Below, piece after piece: positions 53,706 to 62,434 of a stretch of DNA of 64,000 nt; within the stretch, counting starts at the first letter, position 1, and each line of letters opens with the position of its first letter. The notes under the pieces are model-generated. The model saw only the letters and a list, made by a program, of their open reading frames with translations. It did no database searches and was not told the origin of the DNA. The position numbers and the translations under genes are program-made. The stretch spans positions 512,001 to 576,000 of the forward strand of contig CBDFJG010000004.1 of assembly GCA_965248445.1 (NCBI GenBank), read 5' to 3'. Origin of the DNA: Planctomycetota bacterium (GTDB lineage: Bacteria; Planctomycetota; JAJSAM01; JAJVHW01).

Positions 53706-54194
53706 TCAGGCTCCCGCCTCGACAGTTAGACCAGGCTGCGCCGACGGCGTCCCTGCCGGCGCCTGGACCGGCCCGCCCAGGCCGGGGTCGCCGGACGGAG
53801 CGCGCGCGCCAGGGCTCTTCTTGCCGTGCAGCGGAATCCAGTCGATGTCGCCCTTGCGCCACACGTAGGCCAGGCCGACCGCCAGCACGGCCACGAAGAC
53901 AACGGCCTCGACGAACGCAAGCGGCCCCAGTTCCTTCAGCGTGACTGCCCACGGGAACAGGAAGAGCACCTCGACGTCGAAGATCACGAAGACCAGGCAG
54001 ATGACGTAGAAGCGGATGTCGAAGCGGATGAAGGCTCCGCCGAACGTCGGTTCGCCGCACTCGTACGACGTCGCCTTCTGCTCGGTGTAGTCGGTCTTGG
54101 AGCGCAGCAAGCGTCCAATAGCGACCATGTTCAGGAGCACGAAAGCTGCCCCGAACAAGAGGAACATCAGGATCGTCAGGAAGTCCTGCTGCAT
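53706..54194 (-). CDS. nuoA: NADH-quinone oxidoreductase subunit A
   Basis: [26 protein letters not shown]. Confidence 0.93.
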   Translation of the reverse strand: MQQDFLTILMFLLFGAAFVLLNMVAIGRLLRSKTDYTEQKATSYECGEPTFGGAFIRFDIRFYVICLVFVIFDVEVLFLFPWAVTLKELGPLAFVEAVVFVAVLAVGLAYVWRKGDIDWIPLHGKKSPGARAPSGDPGLGGPVQAPAGTPSAQPGLTVEAGA

Positions 54195-54529
54195 GGCCTC
54201 GGCCGGTGCCCTCCGGCAGCCCCCGACGGGCACTTCGCCCGCCCTCCGTCTTCGATCGCGCGACCTTACCCTCGGCCCCTGGCCGGGAGGAGTGATTGCC
54301 GACGGATTTGGAGGTGTCCCGCCGCACGCGTAGTGAGAACGCGCGACGGCCGGTTGCCACGTCCCACCGAGCGCGATTCACCCCTCCCCGAAGCGTCGGC
54401 GATGGGCCGGGGCAGCCAGCGTGTGGAGCCGTGCCGACGAACGGCCGCAACCCATTTCTGCACAAGAGCTTGCAGCCCTCTTCGGCTAGTGGCTACTCAA
54501 CGCACGACGCTGCCGCCTAGACTGGCGTC

Positions 54530-54688
54530 GTGAGCGCGCCTGACGAGCCGAGACGACCGCGTCGCCACGCGAAGATGACTGATGTGGAGTGGGCCGTGCT
54601 CGGGTTGACGCTCCTACTCACCCTCATGTTCTGGGGCGTCCGCTCCTGCAACTCAGGACCGTTTCTCAACGAGTGGATGGGCAGGTGA
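54530..54688 (+). CDS. Possible small membrane protein (52 aa)
   Basis: Own translation: ...MTDVEWAVLGLTLLLTLMFWGVRSCNSGPFLNEWMGR*. Confidence 0.35.
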   Translation: MSAPDEPRRPRRHAKMTDVEWAVLGLTLLLTLMFWGVRSCNSGPFLNEWMGR

Positions 54689-54851
54689 CCCTGCCGGAGG
54701 CTCACTCGGCCTCGGGAGGCACTGCTAGAGTCCGCCGCGCGGACGGCCCCCGCCACCGGAAGGAGACCGCCATGCCCACCGCCGGCCTTCGGCCCGCGCT
54801 CTCCACGGTCCGCCTCGTCCCCGACGACACCACCCGGTGGGCGCGTCGCGC

Positions 54852-56063
54852 ATGAGACTCACTACACCCGACGGCGCCCGGCTGGAGCTCGCGTATTGCA
54901 CGAACGTCCGGCCGGCGGAATCGCCGGCCGCTCTGCAGCAGGACATCGCGGGATTCTGGAGCGACGTCCGCGCGCTCGTCGGTGCGCGGCGACTCGGGCT
55001 CGGACTCTGGTTCCCGCGTGACGTGGCGGCGGCGCTCGCGCGTGACGCGGACGGCCTGGCGCGCCTCGCGGACGCACTCGAATCAGCGCAGCTCACGGCC
55101 GCAACCGTGAACGCGTTTCCCGCGGACGCGTTCCACGCCGACGTCGTGAAGGAGGCGGTCTACCGCCCGAACTGGCTGACTCCGGCACGGGCGCAATACA
55201 CGCTCGACGCAGCCCGCGTGCTCGGTGCTCTCTCGCCGGAGGGTGCCGTGCGCACGCTCTCTTCGCTGCCGCTCGGCTTTCCGAAGTGGTCCCCCACCGA
55301 ACTACAGCGCGCAGCGGGCCGGCTGGTCGGGCTGGCTCTCGACCTCGACCGATTGCGCATCGACACGGGACGCACACTCCGCATCGCCCTCGAACCCGAA
55401 CCGTGCTGCGCGCTCGAGCGGAGCGACGAGGCGGTCGCGTTCTTCCGCGATCACCTGATCCCGGCCGCCGAGGTGGCCGGGCGAGCCGCCGAAGTCGGCG
55501 CGGACGCAGGCCGCGAGGCGGTCCTCCGTCACGTCGGCGTTTGCCTCGACCTCTGTCACGCCGCCGTGGAGCACGAGGACCCCGTCACGGCGCTGGCGAG
55601 CTACGACGCAGCGGGCGTCCCGGTGTTCAAGGTGCAGGTCTCCGCAGCGCTCGACGTGACGGACCCGGCGGAGCAGGCAACGGCCTTGCGAGCGTTCGCC
55701 GAGCCGCGCTGGCTGCACCAGGTGGGCCTGCCGGACGGCCGCGTCCTGCTCGACCTGCCCGACGCACTACGCGACGAGGACCTGCTACGGCAGGCGCCTT
55801 GGCGCGTGCACTTCCACGTACCCCTACACCGCGAGACGGTCGGCGGCCTGCCAACGACCCGCGGCGAGGTCGAGCGCTTCCTCCGGTACGCGGCCACGCT
55901 CGAGGCGCCGCCGCTGCTCGAGCTCGAGACGTACACGTGGTCCGTCGTCCCGGGCGCGAGGGAAGATGGCGCCGACGAGGACCTGGCGGCGAACGTCGCG
56001 GCCGAGATCGGCTTCTGCCGCGACGTGCTGACCGGCGCAGGCTGCGTGGAGGATGGGACATGA
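54852..56063 (+). CDS. eboE: EboE-like xylose-isomerase TIM barrel protein
   Basis: LAYCTNV, GLGLW, FH..VVKEAVYRPNW, LEPEP, DLCHAAVEHE, KVQVSAAL, WRVHFHVP, LELETYTW. Confidence 0.85.
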   Translation: MRLTTPDGARLELAYCTNVRPAESPAALQQDIAGFWSDVRALVGARRLGLGLWFPRDVAAALARDADGLARLADALESAQLTAATVNAFPADAFHADVVKEAVYRPNWLTPARAQYTLDAARVLGALSPEGAVRTLSSLPLGFPKWSPTELQRAAGRLVGLALDLDRLRIDTGRTLRIALEPEPCCALERSDEAVAFFRDHLIPAAEVAGRAAEVGADAGREAVLRHVGVCLDLCHAAVEHEDPVTALASYDAAGVPVFKVQVSAALDVTDPAEQATALRAFAEPRWLHQVGLPDGRVLLDLPDALRDEDLLRQAPWRVHFHVPLHRETVGGLPTTRGEVERFLRYAATLEAPPLLELETYTWSVVPGAREDGADEDLAANVAAEIGFCRDVLTGAGCVEDGT

Positions 56064-56458
56064 AGGAACTCCTCCTGGTCTGCGCGGGCGGCGCGTTCGG
56101 GTCGGGCGCCCGGCACCTGGTCTCCACGGCGGTCTCGAGCCACGCCCGGCGCGCGTTCTCCTCGGACTTCCCGTGGGGCACCCTCGCGGTCAACGCGATC
56201 GGTTCGTTCCTGCTCGGAGTGCTTCTCGCATGGGGCGAACCTGGCGGCCCGGACGAACCGTCCCGCACCACCCGGGTTCTGCTCGGTACGGGAGCGTTGG
56301 GTGGATTCACCACGTACTCCACGTTCAACTGGGAGACGTTGTGGCAGATCCAACAGGGACGAACGGGGACGGCGATGGTGTACGTCGCAGCGACGCTGGT
56401 GGTCTGCCTTACGTTCGGGCTCCTGGGGGCTACGACGGCACGCGCGCTGTCGCACTGA
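56060..56458 (+). CDS. crcB: Fluoride channel CrcB/Fluc
   Basis: GGAFGSGAR; FPWGTLAVNAIGSF; GALGGFTTYSTF. Confidence 0.93.
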   Translation: MKELLLVCAGGAFGSGARHLVSTAVSSHARRAFSSDFPWGTLAVNAIGSFLLGVLLAWGEPGGPDEPSRTTRVLLGTGALGGFTTYSTFNWETLWQIQQGRTGTAMVYVAATLVVCLTFGLLGATTARALSH

Positions 56459-57732
56459 CGTCGCAGACTGCGCCGGCACGGCGCATCCGGTTCCTGGACG
56501 TCCTGCGCGGAGTCGCGATCCTCGGCATCCTGCCGGTCAACGCGGGGATCTTTGCGTACCCCAACATGCTGATGGGCAACGGTCAGTTTCCCGGCGCGCC
56601 CGGGGACCCCATCGTCACGTTCATCGTGGACGCGTTCTTCCAGTACAAGTTCATCACGATCTTCTCATTCCTGTTCGGCGTCGGGATGGGACTCGTTGCC
56701 GAACGCGCGGTGCACAAGCACGCTTCGTACGGCGTACCGATGGCGCGGCGTTTCGCGTCGCTGCTGCTGTTCGGCATGGCGCACGGCGTCTTGCTCTGGA
56801 TGGGCGACATCGTCACGCACTACGCCGTGCTCGGTGCCGCGTCGTTCTGGATCGCGCGTCTCGTGTCTCCGCGCGTACTCGCTGTGCTGGGCGTCGCGGC
56901 GCTAGCGTTCGGCATGCTGGTCTTCGTGCCCCTCAGCGCCGGTCAGGCCGCGCACCTGGCAGAGCCGGCGGAAGCCGGGCAGACCCTTCTTCCGGACGGC
57001 GATCTCGGTGCGGATCCGACGGGTCCGATGGGGCAGTTCCTGTCCGCGGCGGTGTCGTTCGACGCCGACTTCGAGCTGGCTCTCTACGGTGATGGGTCGT
57101 GGGGCCGCATCACCGCCGCGCGCGGCGTGACCTACTCCGCCATGCAGCTATTCGCACTGTTCCTCTGGGGCGCGCGCACCGTCGGGCTGTTCCTGCTCGG
57201 TATGGCGTTCGTGCGGATGGACTGGTTCCGCGATCCGTCCGCGCAGGCGGGTCGCCGCGGCTTCCTGTGGATGCTCGCCGCCGGCCTTCTCGTCGGCGTG
57301 CCGCTCAGCATTGCGGGCGCGATCCTGCGGGTCGGCGAGTTGAACATGGCGAGCGCGCTGCAGTCGAACTCCGCGCACTACCTGGGCAGCCTGCTGTTCT
57401 CGGGCGGCATCATCGCGGCGATCGCACTGCTCGTGTCGCTCCGTCAGAACGCGCGCTGGACGCGGCCGCTCGCGGCGGTCGGGCGCACGGCGTTCAGCTG
57501 CTACATCGCGCAGTCGGCGATCATGACGACGCTCTTCTACGGATACGGAGGCGGGTTGTACGGCGACCTGGACCGCACGTCGGTCATGGGTATCGTGCTC
57601 GGCGTGTGGATGCTGGAACTGATCGCCGCCCCCATCTGGCTGCGCTTCTTCCACGCCGGTCCATTGGAGTGGCTGTGGCGCAGCGTCACCTATTGGAAGC
57701 TCCAGCCGTTTGTTCGGCGGAGCGCGGCGTGA
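56455..57732 (+). CDS. DUF418 (YeiB-like) membrane protein, start uncertain (CTG)
   Basis: RIRFLDVLRGVAILGIL..N; KFITIFSFLFG; GRTAFSCYIAQS; GPLEWLWR. Confidence 0.85.
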   Translation: MTSQTAPARRIRFLDVLRGVAILGILPVNAGIFAYPNMLMGNGQFPGAPGDPIVTFIVDAFFQYKFITIFSFLFGVGMGLVAERAVHKHASYGVPMARRFASLLLFGMAHGVLLWMGDIVTHYAVLGAASFWIARLVSPRVLAVLGVAALAFGMLVFVPLSAGQAAHLAEPAEAGQTLLPDGDLGADPTGPMGQFLSAAVSFDADFELALYGDGSWGRITAARGVTYSAMQLFALFLWGARTVGLFLLGMAFVRMDWFRDPSAQAGRRGFLWMLAAGLLVGVPLSIAGAILRVGELNMASALQSNSAHYLGSLLFSGGIIAAIALLVSLRQNARWTRPLAAVGRTAFSCYIAQSAIMTTLFYGYGGGLYGDLDRTSVMGIVLGVWMLELIAAPIWLRFFHAGPLEWLWRSVTYWKLQPFVRRSAA

Positions 57733-58796
57733 AAGACGTCGAACGCCTGCTCGGGTTCGCCGTAGAGCCGGTGAAGACACTCGACTACGGCCCCGGGAGC
57801 ACGCACGAGGTCGTGCTGGTCGCACACCGTGACGAACCCTCGCCGCGATACGTCGTCAAGCGTGCGCGCGGCGATCCCGGTCCGCTGATCCGGGAGCGAC
57901 TCGCACTCGAGTCGTACGCCGAGCATCCAGACGCGCGCGCCCTCGTGCCGGGCGTCGTCGCCGCCTCAGAGAGCGGCGAGCTGCTCGTCGTCGAGGCGCT
58001 TCCCATTGCCGACTCCGACCGGCTCGGCGCGATCCTGGAGGGGGATGATCCCGAGCGTGCGCGCAACGCGCTGCTCGCACACGTGCGGGCTCTGGCCGTG
58101 CTGAACAGCGCACCCGTCGCCGACCCGTTCGCGCGGCGAGTGACGGCGCACGGGCCGCTGACTTCGTCGCGTCACGCTGTGAACTACTGGAGCGAGCACG
58201 TCGCCGCGCTGTCCGAGAGGCTGAGCGCGTTGTGTGGGCGGGCGGGCGGCATCGCGGAGGAAGCTGCACAGGCGACAGATCGCATGCTGGCCGGGCCCGC
58301 TGCGCTCTCGCACGGCGACGGAACCGCCGCGAACACGTTCGTCACGGAAGCGGGTCGCGCGTACGTGATCGACTTCGAGACGGCCGCCGTGCGCCACCCG
58401 GCGATGGACGGCGCGTTCGGCCGCATCCGGGATCTGAACAGCGTGTGGGCGCTGGAGCTGCCGGCGCCGCTGCGCGAGGAGGCGACGCGCGCCTACCGCG
58501 ACACCCTCGCGCCGGGCCCGGACTGGGAGAGCGACGAGACGGCCGCCGCGGCGGTCTGGCTGGCGATCCTCCTGCGCCGGCCGGAGCGCTACATGGATCA
58601 CGACCAGCGCTGGGGCGAGTCGGGCCTGCGCTGGCGCGTGTTCACGGGGCTCGAGCGGTTCGCCGAGATCGCGCGGACGAACGGTGAGATGCCGTCGACC
58701 GCCGACGCATGCGAACGCGGCGTCGCCGCACTGCGCAACCGCTGGTCCGACGAAGATCGCACGGCGCGGACGTACCGCGCGTTCGCGCGTCAATAG
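57729..58796 (+). CDS. Aminoglycoside phosphotransferase/choline kinase-like protein
   Basis: YVVK; LSHGDGTAANTF; VIDFE. Confidence 0.75.
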   Translation: MKDVERLLGFAVEPVKTLDYGPGSTHEVVLVAHRDEPSPRYVVKRARGDPGPLIRERLALESYAEHPDARALVPGVVAASESGELLVVEALPIADSDRLGAILEGDDPERARNALLAHVRALAVLNSAPVADPFARRVTAHGPLTSSRHAVNYWSEHVAALSERLSALCGRAGGIAEEAAQATDRMLAGPAALSHGDGTAANTFVTEAGRAYVIDFETAAVRHPAMDGAFGRIRDLNSVWALELPAPLREEATRAYRDTLAPGPDWESDETAAAAVWLAILLRRPERYMDHDQRWGESGLRWRVFTGLERFAEIARTNGEMPSTADACERGVAALRNRWSDEDRTARTYRAFARQ

Positions 58797-61027
58797 CCGA
58801 GTGCGCTGCCGATCTGGAACACCGCGAAGGCGGCGATCCACGCGAGTGCCGTGTATCCGACGAACAGGCCGATCGGCCAGCGCCAGGAGTTCGTCTCGCG
58901 TTTCAGCACGCCGAGCGTCGAGGCGCACTGGAGCGCGATCACGTAGAAGACCATCAACGCGAGGCCGACCAGCGGGGTGAAGACGGGCCGGCCATCCGGC
59001 CGGCGGTCGTTGCGGATCGAGGCGAGCAGGCCCTCGTGCTCCTCGTCGGCGTCGCCACCCACCGAGTAGATGACACCGAGGGTCGGCACGAACACCTCGC
59101 GCGCTGCGAACGAGCCGATGATCGCCACACCGATCTTCCAGTCGAAGCCGAGCGGCTCGATCAGCGGCTCCATCAGCTTCGCGCTGCGCCCTAGATAGGA
59201 GCCCGCGAGCTGCTCCGACGACTGTCGGTGCTCGAGTTCCGAGATCTGTTCATCGAGGCGCCCAGCCGCGGGTGAGTCAGCCGCGAGCTCATCCCGCTCC
59301 TCGGTCAGAACGGTCATCTCGGCGTCGTAGTCCCGCGAGAACTGGACGTCCCGCGGGAACGTCGCACCGGCCCACAACACCATCATGAGCACGAGGATGA
59401 CCGGGCCCGCACCCCACACGAACGACCAGGTTCGGCGCCACGTGTTGCGTAGCACCGCACCGATCGACGGGACGCGATACGGCGGTAGCTCGAGCAGCAA
59501 CGGGCTGCGCGGCCCGCTGAGGATGGTGCGGCGCATGACCTTCGCGCACAGGGCGCCGATCACCACGCCGAGCACGTACATCGTCAGCACGACCAGTGCA
59601 GGTACCCAGCCTCCGAACGCGGCGAAGAGCGCGCCGACGAGCACCGCGTACACAGGCAACCGCGCCTGGCAGGACATGAGTGGCACGATCGCCATCGTCA
59701 CGAAGCGGTCGCGCCTGTTCTCGATCGTGCGCGTGGCGATGATCGCGGGGATGGCGCAGGCGAATCCGGAGAGCAGCGGGAGGAACGAGCGGCCGGGCAT
59801 CCCGAAGAACCCCATCACGCGATCCAGCAGGAACGCGGCGCGCGCGAGGTACCCGGTGTCCTCGAGCGCCTCGATGCACAGGAACAGCATCGCGATCTGC
59901 GGAACGAACACGAGGAACGCGCCCAACCCGCCGATGACGCCGTCCTGCACGAAGGACGCGAACAGCCCGTCGCCCAGCAGGCCGCGGACCCACCCTCCCA
60001 GGGCGGAGATCCAGGTGTCGACAGCGTCGATCGCCGGACCGGACCAGGCGAACACCACCATGAACAGGAACAGGAACACCCCGAGCATGAGGAGCGTGCC
60101 GGCGAACGGATGCGTCACGACGCGATCCACACGGCGCGTGAAAGAGCGGGCGTCGCCACCGCCTTTCAGCACGCGGGCCACCAGCCGGTCGACCGCTTCG
60201 TAGCGGACCGTGGCGGCGGTCGTGGCAACGTCGAATCCGGCGGCGCTCAGGTCATCGCGGACGCCCCGCGACTCCTCGGCCAGGGCCGCCAGCACGGGAT
60301 CGTCCGATCCCGAAAGTCGGCCGAGCACCGTGCTCGAACGGGCATCCGAGGTCAGCATCTGCGCGACCCGCACGATAGAATCCCCGGCACCGCGGATGTG
60401 ATCGCGCAACCTGGGTGCGAAGCTCTCCGCCGCTGTGAGGACCTCCGGCGGCCAGTTGATGGTCAGAGGCGTGCCCCGCGCTCCGCCGGACGCGATCGCC
60501 GCAACCAATGCGTCGCGACCATCGCCGCTACGACCGCACGTCGGGATCACGGGGACACCGAGTGCGGCCGAGAGCGCCGCGGGATCGACCTTGAGGCCGC
60601 GCGCTACTGCAATGTCGATCTGGTTGAGCGCGATGACCACGCGCCGACCCGCGTCGATGATCTGCGTCGCGAGGAAGAGGCTGCGAGGCAGATTGGTCGC
60701 GTCGGCGACGACGACGATCACGTCGGGCGCATCGTCGCCGTGACCCACGATTGCCTCGCGCGCGATCCGTTCGTCCGGCGACCGCGCCGCGAGTCCGTAT
60801 GTCCCGGGAAGATCGACCACCGTGACGTCGCCGGCCGGCGTCGTCATCGATCCCTCGACCCTCTCCACCGTGATGCCCGGGTAGTTGCCGACGCGCTGCC
60901 GCAATCCGGTGAGCGCGTTGAAGATCGACGACTTGCCGACGTTCGGATTCCCGGCGAGCGCGGCGCGTCGCGCCCGCCGCCCGAGGCCGATCATGACGCC
61001 ACCCACGGGGGGAGCCGTCGACGTCAC
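58790..61027 (-). CDS. feoB: Ferrous iron transporter B
   Basis: GNPNVGKS, NYPGITVE, DLPG; gate motifs (VPQI, ELPPY); C-terminal TM domain. Confidence 0.96.
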   Translation of the reverse strand: MTSTAPPVGGVMIGLGRRARRAALAGNPNVGKSSIFNALTGLRQRVGNYPGITVERVEGSMTTPAGDVTVVDLPGTYGLAARSPDERIAREAIVGHGDDAPDVIVVVADATNLPRSLFLATQIIDAGRRVVIALNQIDIAVARGLKVDPAALSAALGVPVIPTCGRSGDGRDALVAAIASGGARGTPLTINWPPEVLTAAESFAPRLRDHIRGAGDSIVRVAQMLTSDARSSTVLGRLSGSDDPVLAALAEESRGVRDDLSAAGFDVATTAATVRYEAVDRLVARVLKGGGDARSFTRRVDRVVTHPFAGTLLMLGVFLFLFMVVFAWSGPAIDAVDTWISALGGWVRGLLGDGLFASFVQDGVIGGLGAFLVFVPQIAMLFLCIEALEDTGYLARAAFLLDRVMGFFGMPGRSFLPLLSGFACAIPAIIATRTIENRRDRFVTMAIVPLMSCQARLPVYAVLVGALFAAFGGWVPALVVLTMYVLGVVIGALCAKVMRRTILSGPRSPLLLELPPYRVPSIGAVLRNTWRRTWSFVWGAGPVILVLMMVLWAGATFPRDVQFSRDYDAEMTVLTEERDELAADSPAAGRLDEQISELEHRQSSEQLAGSYLGRSAKLMEPLIEPLGFDWKIGVAIIGSFAAREVFVPTLGVIYSVGGDADEEHEGLLASIRNDRRPDGRPVFTPLVGLALMVFYVIALQCASTLGVLKRETNSWRWPIGLFVGYTALAWIAAFAVFQIGSALGY

Positions 61028-61278
61028 GGCGATCGCCTCGGCGGCTGTTCCACGGGCTCGACGAGCACCGCGGATGCCTCCGCCGCGCGCAGGGCAAACG
61101 AACCCCCTCGCACCATCACGTGCACCGGATCACCGAGTGGCGCACGGCGCAGAACGCTGACCACTGCGCCGGGCGTGAACCCGAGTTCGGCCAGTCGCTC
61201 CCGCAGGTGCGGCTCGCCCTCGAGCGCGCAGACGCGCACGGTCGCGCGTGTCGGGTAGTCGGAGAGGCTCTGCATCAT
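61024..61278 (-). CDS. feoA: Ferrous iron transport protein A
   Basis: RLAELGFTPG..V..LRRAPLGDP...ALR..EA. Confidence 0.93.
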   Translation of the reverse strand: MMQSLSDYPTRATVRVCALEGEPHLRERLAELGFTPGAVVSVLRRAPLGDPVHVMVRGGSFALRAAEASAVLVEPVEQPPRRSP

Positions 61279-61312
61279 GGTTGTGATGGTGGATCACGCT
61301 CCCTGCCGGCGT

Positions 61313-61333
61313 TATTGAGATTGGGTCTCAATA
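61313..61333. promoter_or_regulatory. Fur-box-like palindrome upstream of feoAB
   Basis: TATTGAGA-TTGGG-TCTCAATA, a perfect 8-bp AT-rich inverted repeat about 35 bp upstream of feoA. Confidence 0.7.
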
Positions 61334-61446
61334 CCAGGAGCGTACCCCAGGCTGCGGGAAAAAGCCCGAGGACGGCCCGATCCGGTATCACGCCCGTGAT
61401 GCGGCTCACAGGCCTCACGCTGACCGGGCGCGACCCGTCCCGCGCA

Positions 61447-62400
61447 ATGACGTTCCACGTCAACGCTCTGCTGGCGCCGATGGACGGCGTGACGGACCGC
61501 ACCTTCCGCAACCTCGTGCTCGATCTCGGGGACGCGGGAGGCGCGTGCACCGAGTTCGTGCGCATATCGGTAGCGGCGTGGAAGCGGGGCGCTCTCGCAA
61601 AGGAACTGGGACCGCCCCACCCCGCAGCGCCGGTCGGTCTGCAGCTCATGGCCCCGTCGACCGACCACCTGGCGCGCACGGCCGGGAACGCGGAGTCGGC
61701 GGGTGCACCGTGGATCGACCTCAACTTCGGATGCCCGGTCAAGCGTGTGTTCAACAAGTGCGCGGGTTCGGCGCTGCTCGCGTACCCGGACCGTGTCGGC
61801 GCGATCGTGGCAGAGGCCGTGCAGGCTGTCGGCGTTCCCGTCACCGCGAAGATCCGAGCCGGCGTCGAGGACGACGGGACGCTGCTCGACGTCCTCGACG
61901 CGTGCGCCGACGCAGGCGCGGCGGCCGTCATCCTGCACGCGCGACTGCGGACGCAGTCCTACGCGACGCCCGCGCGCTGGGAGTGGATCCGCGCCGCGGT
62001 GGAGCACCTCGGCGGCCGCACACCGCTGATCGGCAACGGCGGCATCGGACGCGCGGAGCACGTGCATCGCATGCTCGCCGAGACCGGCTGCGCGGGGGTC
62101 ATGGTCGGACGCGGGGCGATCGCGAACCCTTGGATCTTCCGGCAGGCACGCGGCGGCCCCGCAGCCACGCGGGACGAAGCCGTGGCGTTCGCGCTGCGCT
62201 ACCTGGCCACGCTCTGCCCCCCGGGAGGCAGCAAGGGCGGACTCGCCCGCATGAAGCAGCTCATCCGGGCCTACGCTGCCAGCGGCCTCTTCGAGGGGCG
62301 GGAGCACGATCGGGTGGCTCTCCTGCGGTCTCATGAACCGGAGGCGGTGCGGAGCTGGTTCACCCGGTGTGCGACGACGTCCCTGCCCGTGCGCCCGTAG
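61447..62400 (+). CDS. dus: tRNA-dihydrouridine synthase family protein
   Basis: LAPMDGVTD, DLNFGCP, GSALL, TAKIR, HAR, NGGI, MVGRGA..NPWIF. Confidence 0.9.
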   Translation: MTFHVNALLAPMDGVTDRTFRNLVLDLGDAGGACTEFVRISVAAWKRGALAKELGPPHPAAPVGLQLMAPSTDHLARTAGNAESAGAPWIDLNFGCPVKRVFNKCAGSALLAYPDRVGAIVAEAVQAVGVPVTAKIRAGVEDDGTLLDVLDACADAGAAAVILHARLRTQSYATPARWEWIRAAVEHLGGRTPLIGNGGIGRAEHVHRMLAETGCAGVMVGRGAIANPWIFRQARGGPAATRDEAVAFALRYLATLCPPGGSKGGLARMKQLIRAYAASGLFEGREHDRVALLRSHEPEAVRSWFTRCATTSLPVRP

Positions 62401-62434
62401 CGCGCTCCAGCACTACCATGCAGCCTCAGCCACG

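Noticed and set aside
54240..54850. Fluoride riboswitch upstream of the eboE-crcB operon
   Set aside because: A GGCGATGG occurs near 54398, but I could not find the matching stem and pseudoknot elements; an Rfam RF01734 search would settle it.
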